From: an uncultured Nitrososphaerales archaeon
GTDB taxonomy: Archaea; Thermoproteota; Nitrososphaeria; Nitrososphaerales; Nitrososphaeraceae
Length of the DNA: 64,000 nt
Assembly (NCBI GenBank): GCA_963709405.1
Contig: CAVPXM010000038.1
Coordinates: 64,001 to 128,000, forward strand
Direction of reading: 5' to 3'
In this document: piece by piece, positions 57,943 through 64,000 of the stretch
Numbering within the stretch: the stretch's first letter is position 1
Layout of the letters: every line of letters begins with the position of its first letter
Position numbers and translations under genes: made by a program
The notes under the pieces: model-generated
Database searches by the model: none
What the model was told of the DNA's origin: nothing
The model's input: the letters and a program-made list of their open reading frames with translations, nothing else

Positions 57943-57961
57943 AAAAAAAAGGGTTTATAAG
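57943..57961 (+). promoter_or_regulatory. BRE-TATA promoter of rps19e
   Basis: AAAAAAAAGGG-TTTATAA ending about 31 nt upstream of ATG 57992. Confidence 0.6.
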
Positions 57962-57991
57962 GGAAACGCAGGGTGATTAATTAGTAATATT

Positions 57992-58444
57992 ATGGCTAAA
58001 GCCTACGATATACCAGCAAATCATTTAATTATACGATTAGCCGAACAGTTAAAGAAAGATAAGAAAATAGAGCAGCCTAGCTGGGCTGCATTTGTAAAGA
58101 CAGGATCGCATGCAGAAAAGATTCCGCAGAATAAAGACTGGTGGTATATTAGATGTGCATCTTTAGTCAGGAAAGTTTACATGCGTGGACCAGTTGGAGT
58201 TTCTGACTTGAAGAGTGCCTATGGTGGCAGGAAACGCATCGGCTATTATTTAGATCATCACAGGGATTCTGGAGGAGCAATTATTCGTAGGGCTTTACAA
58301 CAATTGGAAATGTCTGGTTATATAACTAAAAAAAGTGGCGGCAGGATAATCTCTAATGAAGGCATGAAAAAAGTTGACAGATTGGCAACTGAGATTTATA
58401 AGGATTTTGCGAGTAGTCGTCCCGGATTGCAAAGATATGCCTGA
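57992..58444 (+). CDS. rps19e: 30S ribosomal protein S19e
   Basis: 'PSWAAFVKTG', 'DWWYIRCAS..RKVY', 'YGG', 'IIRRALQQLE..G'. Confidence 0.97.
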   Translation: MAKAYDIPANHLIIRLAEQLKKDKKIEQPSWAAFVKTGSHAEKIPQNKDWWYIRCASLVRKVYMRGPVGVSDLKSAYGGRKRIGYYLDHHRDSGGAIIRRALQQLEMSGYITKKSGGRIISNEGMKKVDRLATEIYKDFASSRPGLQRYA

Positions 58445-58471
58445 TAGAAAATATTAGGAAGGTGTCATTCT

Positions 58472-58762
58472 GTGTCTGTACCTCAACCTCAGCAGCCAAG
58501 TGATGAAGACTCAAAGAGGCGTGAAGCTGAAGCCGCAGCTATGCGGCAACGCGTTCTAATGGTTCTTTTGGATCCCTATGCAAGACAGCGATTAGCAAAT
58601 ATAAGAATGGTCAAACCGGAACTAGCCATAACAGTAGAAAATTATCTAATTAATGCCGCTTCATCAGGCAGGTTGAATAGACCGCTAAATGATAATGAGC
58701 TGAAGCAAATTTTACTTAGTCTACAGCAACCTAGGAAAGACTTCCGAATAGATAGACGTTAG
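58472..58762 (+). CDS. PDCD5-family DNA-binding protein
   Basis: 'LDPYARQRLANIRMVKPELA..VENYLI...SGRL'; usual neighbour of rps19e. Confidence 0.92.
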   Translation: MSVPQPQQPSDEDSKRREAEAAAMRQRVLMVLLDPYARQRLANIRMVKPELAITVENYLINAASSGRLNRPLNDNELKQILLSLQQPRKDFRIDRR

Positions 58763-58868
58763 TAAGGTTAACCAAGTCACAGTTTTCCATCATCGGAAGT
58801 ACACTCAACCAAAAAAGTCGCTTTTGGGTGAGTTAACTATATTAAGTATAAACTGTGCTTCAAAGTGC

Positions 58869-59918
58869 ATGAAGGCAGCCGTATTCAGGGAATATAATAA
58901 AGATCCAACGAAAGTTGTTAAGATAGAAGATATTGATATGCCGAAATTGAAGCCTAATGAAATCATGATTAAGGTAGAGGCAGCAGCATACAATTACAAC
59001 GATCTATGGGCTATTTGGGGCGATCCGATCAAAACACCGCTCCCACATATTTCTGGAAGTGATGCATCAGGCACAGCGGTTGAAGTTGGGGAAGACGTGT
59101 TGCGTATAAAGGTTGGAGATAGAGTAGTATCACATTCCAACATGAGTTGCAGAGTATGTGACATGTGTACTTCCGGCAGAGAATATGACTGTGCAGACAG
59201 GACGATCTGGGGTTTTCAAACGGGTCCACTATGGGGAGGCTTCACTCAGTATACACACTTACCAGAGGTAAATGTATTAAAAATCCCAGATAATGTTTCC
59301 TTTGAATCAGCTGCGGCGGTTTCCATGGTAGGAATGACTTCATGGCATATGTTAGTTGGGAGGGCAAAAATAAGACCTGGTCAGGTCGTTTTGATAATGG
59401 GAGGCACCAGCGGCGTAGGGATGGCAGGTATTCAGATTGCAAAGCTATTTAATTGCAGAGTCATTGCTACTGCGGGTAGCAAAGAAAAGATGGATAAATG
59501 CTTAGAAATTGGGGCAGATCACGTAGTGAATCATAGAGAGCAGGATTGGTACAAGAAGGTGAGGGAGATTACAAAAAAACAAGGAGTAGATGTAGTCTTC
59601 GAACATATTGGTAAAACAACATTCCCTAACGCGGTAGGGCTTCTTAAAATGGGAGGCACTCTTGTAGCAACCGGTGCAACCACTGGTTATGATTCAACAA
59701 TTGATTTAAGATATCTTTTCTTCAAGGGCACGAATCTCCTAGGATCGACCCAAGGAACAAAAGCTGAATTAGAGCAAGTCATTTATTGGACAAGCCAAGA
59801 GAAGATAAAACCAGTGATTGGCACAGTCTTACCTTTTGGAGATATGGTTAAAGGGCACGAAATGATGGCTAAAGCTGAACATATAGGAAAGATAGTTACT
59901 ACCCCACAAAAACTATAA
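58869..59918 (+). CDS. Zinc-binding MDR dehydrogenase/reductase
   Basis: 'PHISGSDASG', structural Zn 'CRVCDMC..G...DC', 'GGTSGVG'; the catalytic-Zn Cys/His positions are replaced (YNYND, GSD), as in enoyl/quinone reductases. Confidence 0.88.
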   Translation: MKAAVFREYNKDPTKVVKIEDIDMPKLKPNEIMIKVEAAAYNYNDLWAIWGDPIKTPLPHISGSDASGTAVEVGEDVLRIKVGDRVVSHSNMSCRVCDMCTSGREYDCADRTIWGFQTGPLWGGFTQYTHLPEVNVLKIPDNVSFESAAAVSMVGMTSWHMLVGRAKIRPGQVVLIMGGTSGVGMAGIQIAKLFNCRVIATAGSKEKMDKCLEIGADHVVNHREQDWYKKVREITKKQGVDVVFEHIGKTTFPNAVGLLKMGGTLVATGATTGYDSTIDLRYLFFKGTNLLGSTQGTKAELEQVIYWTSQEKIKPVIGTVLPFGDMVKGHEMMAKAEHIGKIVTTPQKL

Positions 59919-59933
59919 TCTATATTTGTCCCA

Positions 59934-60806
59934 ATGAATCGAACGCTAATTTTTGTTCCCGGTAACAATAAACGATTTATTAATAGCGCCAAACGATTAA
60001 ACGCAGATATAGTGTGTCTTGATTTGGAGGATTCAGTTCCCTTTCATGAAAAATCTTCTGCAAGGAAAATGATAGGAGAAGCGATTAGCCAACGTGAAGA
60101 CTTCAAAAACACGTCCAATTTATATGTGAGAACGAACTCATTTGAGTCTGGACATATATTTGCAGACCTCACAGCAGCAATCCAGAAAGGAATTACCGGT
60201 GTCGTAATACCAAAGGTTAACGATGATAGAGAAATCTGCGAAATATCATCGTTTATCTCTAGACTCGAAGTAGAGAGGAAAATCGAACAGAATGGTATAA
60301 AACTGATACCGTCTATAGAGACAGCTAAGGGAGTGGTTAATGCCTACTCAATAGCAAAGTCAGATTTTAGAGTAAATCAATTGGTTTTTGGCGTTTTCGA
60401 CTTCCTTTATGATATGCACCTTGACTATGCAGAAGATAGTGGTATTGAATATTCATATGCACGTGCAAAAATCCCAGTGGATGCAAGAGCAGCTGGGGTT
60501 GGTGCGATCGATGCTATTTGGCAGAAGGTAGATGATATAGATGGTCTGGTAAATGATGCCATTCTTGCGAAGAGGTTAGGTTATGGAGGAAAGTGCATCA
60601 TCCATCCTAATCAGATACAGCCAGTCCACAAAATATTTGTTCCTAGCAAGAACGAGATTGAATGGGCCAAGAAAGTAATCGAGTCCCTTGGGCCATCCAT
60701 GGAAAACAAGAGTAAAACTGGTGCAGTGAAGACCGAAGGGAAGATGATTGATGCAGTACATTACAAACATGCAAAGACAATTTTAAATAATGTTCAAGAA
60801 GAATAG
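59934..60806 (+). CDS. Citrate lyase beta-subunit-like (CitE) CoA-ester lyase
   Basis: 'RTLIFVPG', 'DLEDSVP..EK..AR', 'YVRTN', 'IPKV', 'IETAKG', 'GK.IIHPNQI', 'GKMID'. Confidence 0.9.
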   Translation: MNRTLIFVPGNNKRFINSAKRLNADIVCLDLEDSVPFHEKSSARKMIGEAISQREDFKNTSNLYVRTNSFESGHIFADLTAAIQKGITGVVIPKVNDDREICEISSFISRLEVERKIEQNGIKLIPSIETAKGVVNAYSIAKSDFRVNQLVFGVFDFLYDMHLDYAEDSGIEYSYARAKIPVDARAAGVGAIDAIWQKVDDIDGLVNDAILAKRLGYGGKCIIHPNQIQPVHKIFVPSKNEIEWAKKVIESLGPSMENKSKTGAVKTEGKMIDAVHYKHAKTILNNVQEE

Positions 60807-60926
60807 CAGCTATAATGCATTTTGAAGTTTTGTGATTTTTTACTATTTCCGTTTTTGGGACTCTAGATTAAATATGAAGTGATGTCTATCTATTGTATAC
60901 AAATCACATAACTGGGATATGAGAAT

Positions 60927-61535
60927 ATGTTTACTGGTATAATAGAAGGTACTGCTAGGATCAAGTCGATCACGAACCTTGAAAAAGGAATTCGAGCAGG
61001 TTTGAAGTTGACAATTGAGTTAGGCAAGTTAGGAAAAGGGATAAAGATTGGCAATAGTGTAAGCATTAATGGTGCTTGCTTGACAGTCACGAGGACTTAT
61101 GAAAAACAGTATGCCGACTTTGAAATTGTAGGCGAAACTATAAGACGAACCGCCCTTGGGTCATTAGGAATCGGTGATAAGGTGAACATAGAGAGAAGTT
61201 TACGATTGGGCGATAGGATAGAAGGTCATCTAGTTCTGGGCCATATTGACAGCACAGCTAGCATTGAAGACATCACGATTGAATTAGATGGGATAAAATT
61301 ATGGATAAGGTTAAAGAATAAAAAGTTATTGCGTTATGTTGTACCGAAGGGATCTATAGCAGTAGATGGAGTAAGCCTAACAGTAGTTGACGTAAATCAT
61401 GATAAATTCTCGGTGGCTTTAATACCTCACACTGCGGCTGTTACCACTCTGGGTGAGAGGTCCAAGGGCGACTTAGTCAACATCGAAATCGACATTGTAA
61501 GTAGGTACGTCAATCTTCTTCAACCAACAAAGTAG
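60927..61535 (+). CDS. ribE: Riboflavin synthase (bacterial-type, alpha chain)
   Basis: N-terminal 'MFTGIIE', 'INGACLTV', 'VNIERSL', 'GHLVLGHID', 'KGSIAVDGVSLTV'. Confidence 0.95.
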   Translation: MFTGIIEGTARIKSITNLEKGIRAGLKLTIELGKLGKGIKIGNSVSINGACLTVTRTYEKQYADFEIVGETIRRTALGSLGIGDKVNIERSLRLGDRIEGHLVLGHIDSTASIEDITIELDGIKLWIRLKNKKLLRYVVPKGSIAVDGVSLTVVDVNHDKFSVALIPHTAAVTTLGERSKGDLVNIEIDIVSRYVNLLQPTK

Positions 61536-61581
61536 TAATAACTCCTTTTTTAGTAAACTATATAAAATCGTAAGCATCTCA

Positions 61582-62286
61582 TTGAGATGTTTGCATTCAA
61601 TAGAAGAAGCAATCGTAGCATTAAAGTGCGGCCAATTCATCCTTGTTCATGACGATAAAGGACGAGAGAATGAAGTTGATATGGTGATTGCTGCGGAATA
61701 CATTAAGCCAGAACATATCGCAACGATGAGAATGGCCGCTGGTGGATTAATCTGCCTGGCTATTTCGAATACGTACGCAATCAAATTGGGGGTGGCATAT
61801 ATGTATAGTATAATGGATGTTATGGCAAAAATCAATCCATTATATTCTAAATTGGCATCAGGCATATCGCCGTATGGAGATAGGCCATCGTTTTCAATTA
61901 CTATCAATCATCGAGACACGTTCACAGGCATTACCGACACTGACAGAGCACTCACCATTTCTAAAATGGCTGCGGTTTGTGATAATATTGATTCCACAGG
62001 AGTAGAGGATTTTGCTACATGCTTTCGTTCACCAGGTCATGTACCAATTTTGATAGCGTCAAGAGGTTTGCTAGGCGAAAGGATTGGACACACAGAACTC
62101 TGTATATACCTTACCCAATTGGCAGGTCTGGTACACACCGTGACTATTTGTGAAATGCTTGATTCGGAAACCTACAGATCCTTATCCATCAGTAAAGCAG
62201 AGAAATATGCAGAAAAAAATAATCTATGCCTTCTCAATGCAGATCAATTAAAGAATTACAATAAGGTACCGAGAGTTGAAAGTTAA
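61582..62286 (+). CDS. ribB: 3,4-dihydroxy-2-butanone-4-phosphate synthase
   Basis: 'DDKGRENEVD', 'GGLIC', 'TGITDTDRA', 'FRSPGHV', 'RIGHTE', 'CEML'. Confidence 0.95.
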   Translation: MRCLHSIEEAIVALKCGQFILVHDDKGRENEVDMVIAAEYIKPEHIATMRMAAGGLICLAISNTYAIKLGVAYMYSIMDVMAKINPLYSKLASGISPYGDRPSFSITINHRDTFTGITDTDRALTISKMAAVCDNIDSTGVEDFATCFRSPGHVPILIASRGLLGERIGHTELCIYLTQLAGLVHTVTICEMLDSETYRSLSISKAEKYAEKNNLCLLNADQLKNYNKVPRVES

Positions 62287-62742
62287 GTTAGGCATAGTGG
62301 TTTCCGAATTTAACAACGAAATCACGTATAAGATGCTGGCCAGAGCAAAACAACACATTAAGAAAGCAGATGGTACGTTACGATACATTTGCTATGTCCC
62401 GGGCTCATTTGACATGCCACTTATGATTGGGGAACTATTAAAAAAAAAGATGTCGATGCGGTAGTAACACTAGGAGCAGTAATCAAAGGAGAGACAGGTC
62501 ACGATGAAATTGTGGCCGATAATGCCGCGAGACTAATTGCGGATTTATCTTTACGATACTGTAAGCCAGTTTCTCTTGGAATTACAGGTCCAAGTATGAC
62601 GATCGAGCAGGCAGTGGAAAGAGCAGAAATTATTCCCAGGCGAGCAGTAGATGCTGCTATAAAAATGGTATTCAGAATGAGGGAAATAAGAGATAAGAAA
62701 TGGAAATCAAACACTCGGAATACGGTGAATATAATAAATTGA
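62276..62742 (+). CDS. ribH: 6,7-dimethyl-8-ribityllumazine synthase; frameshift in the A9 run at 62440-62448
   Basis: '[10 protein letters not shown]', 'VPGSFDMP' and, after adding one A, '[19 protein letters not shown]', '[10 protein letters not shown]'. Confidence 0.92.
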
Positions 62743-63515
62743 CTGTACAACTCAGCGTCATCCGCATTGATGGATATGGTTTATGGACAACCACACTAGG
62801 TACTGATAGAGAATCTCATCTACAAATGCTCCAAGCAAAGATATATTACGATATTCAACGATTATTTTCACAAAGAGATTGCATTGCATATAGTAATAGA
62901 TTCGATGAATTTTTTGCCGTGACGAACTGCCTTTCAATTCAAGATCATATGCTAATCGAACTAGAACTTGCAAATACTTATCCCAATTTAAAGATGTCAA
63001 TGGCCATTGGGAATGGCGATACACCGTACAAGGCAAACTTAAATGCGTATGAAGCTAGAAGAAGTGGCAAGTTACTAGTTTACGGGCACAGGATTTTTGG
63101 TGGAAATTTGAATATACCATCAGACTCAACCGCAAAGGATAACTATGTGAAGATAATGCACATCGATATCGATGGATCCTCTACAATCAGCAACCAGCTA
63201 TCACCATATGAAATCACTTCACTTGTAATCAAGATATACTCAAGATTATCTGACGAATTTCTTAAAATTGACTCGTTGACATTTTTTCTTGGTGGAGATA
63301 ATTTTATGGTAATATCTAATGGCGTGACAGATAATGAAACACAGCGAATCATTAATGACATTAGCATGGATCTAAAAATCAAGTTAAATTGTGGAATAGG
63401 CATTGCTAGAACAGGCAAAGGAGCTGCTGAAGCTTCTACTAGAGCATTGGACACCATCCGGGATATGCGAAAAAGAGGAAAGGTTCAGCCAATCTACGAG
63501 ATACAATGTCTCTAG
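62739..63515 (+). CDS. gch3: GTP cyclohydrolase III (ArfA)
   Basis: '[20 protein letters not shown]', 'RFD', 'HIDID', 'FFLGGDNFM', 'NCGIG'; TTG start overlaps the ribH stop. Confidence 0.92.
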   Translation: MTVQLSVIRIDGYGLWTTTLGTDRESHLQMLQAKIYYDIQRLFSQRDCIAYSNRFDEFFAVTNCLSIQDHMLIELELANTYPNLKMSMAIGNGDTPYKANLNAYEARRSGKLLVYGHRIFGGNLNIPSDSTAKDNYVKIMHIDIDGSSTISNQLSPYEITSLVIKIYSRLSDEFLKIDSLTFFLGGDNFMVISNGVTDNETQRIINDISMDLKIKLNCGIGIARTGKGAAEASTRALDTIRDMRKRGKVQPIYEIQCL

Positions 63516-64000
63516 TTATAAAAAATGCAAGCTTATTACTTGGAAAAAACCTGAAGTATGTGGATACTGGATTTGTCGAGGTAACTAGAGATGGAATAAT
63601 TAAGAGAGCTGATACTGCAAGATATAAGAGGGAAGATAGTCACAAAGTCTCAAACATAATAGACGCTGAGGGTTTCTTGGTAATACCGGGATTCATTAAC
63701 GCCCACACACACATAGGAGATTCTATCGGAAAGGACATAGCAATCGACTGTGGTCTAAACGCGGTTCATCCGATAAGAGGAATAAAGAAGAAAATACTCG
63801 AAAAGAGCAATCCAGGACACTTGAGAGTTTTGATGAGGGCTTCCGCAATATCTATGATGAGGAATGGCATAACAACCTTTGTAGATTTCAGAGAAGGAGG
63901 TGTCGAGGGGGTGACCCTATTAAAGAATGCAATTATTGATCTCCCGATCAAATGTTTAATACTTGGAAGGATAGAGTACTATTTTGATATAAAGAGTATT
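63506..64000 (+). CDS. Metal-dependent amidohydrolase (5' part; runs off the window)
   Basis: [13 protein letters not shown]...IDAEGFLVIPGFINAHTHIGDSIGKD...GITTFVDFREGG; HxH motif; overlaps the gch3 stop. Confidence 0.88.
   Translation, partial: MSLVIKNASLLLGKNLKYVDTGFVEVTRDGIIKRADTARYKREDSHKVSNIIDAEGFLVIPGFINAHTHIGDSIGKDIAIDCGLNAVHPIRGIKKKILEKSNPGHLRVLMRASAISMMRNGITTFVDFREGGVEGVTLLKNAIIDLPIKCLILGRIEYYFDIKSI

Overview
A low-GC (roughly 35% by eye) archaeal chromosomal segment. Gene content and protein sequences point to an ammonia-oxidising archaeon of the Nitrososphaeraceae (Thaumarchaeota/Nitrososphaeria): the ADP-forming 4-hydroxybutyrate--CoA ligase of the 3HP/4HB cycle, a cobalamin-completion operon, a riboflavin operon with GTP cyclohydrolase III, thermosome, rpl15e/rpl44e/rps27e/rps19e, tgtA-Lsm-AK6 and mre11-rad50. 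The right half (33-64 kb) is mostly housekeeping. The left half is patchy, with long intergenic stretches, gene remnants (GT2, P-II, VOC) and three of the four IS6-family elements; all four have terminal inverted repeats and 8-bp target-site duplications, two of them perfect. An accessory zone at about 24-33 kb carries an RNase H, a LIM-domain-like double zinc finger, a GC-rich secreted beta-propeller-like gene and an AEP-PriX primase fusion. Other notable items are a solo Cas4-like protein with altered nuclease motifs, a nucleotide-sugar dehydrogenase containing a (CTA)28 poly-Ser microsatellite, and an amidohydrolase coupled to the flavin operon. About eight genes, several probably essential, are split by single-base indels, most likely long-read sequencing errors. 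No tRNA, rRNA or CRISPR array was found. All family calls come from motif recognition by eye; no database searches were run.
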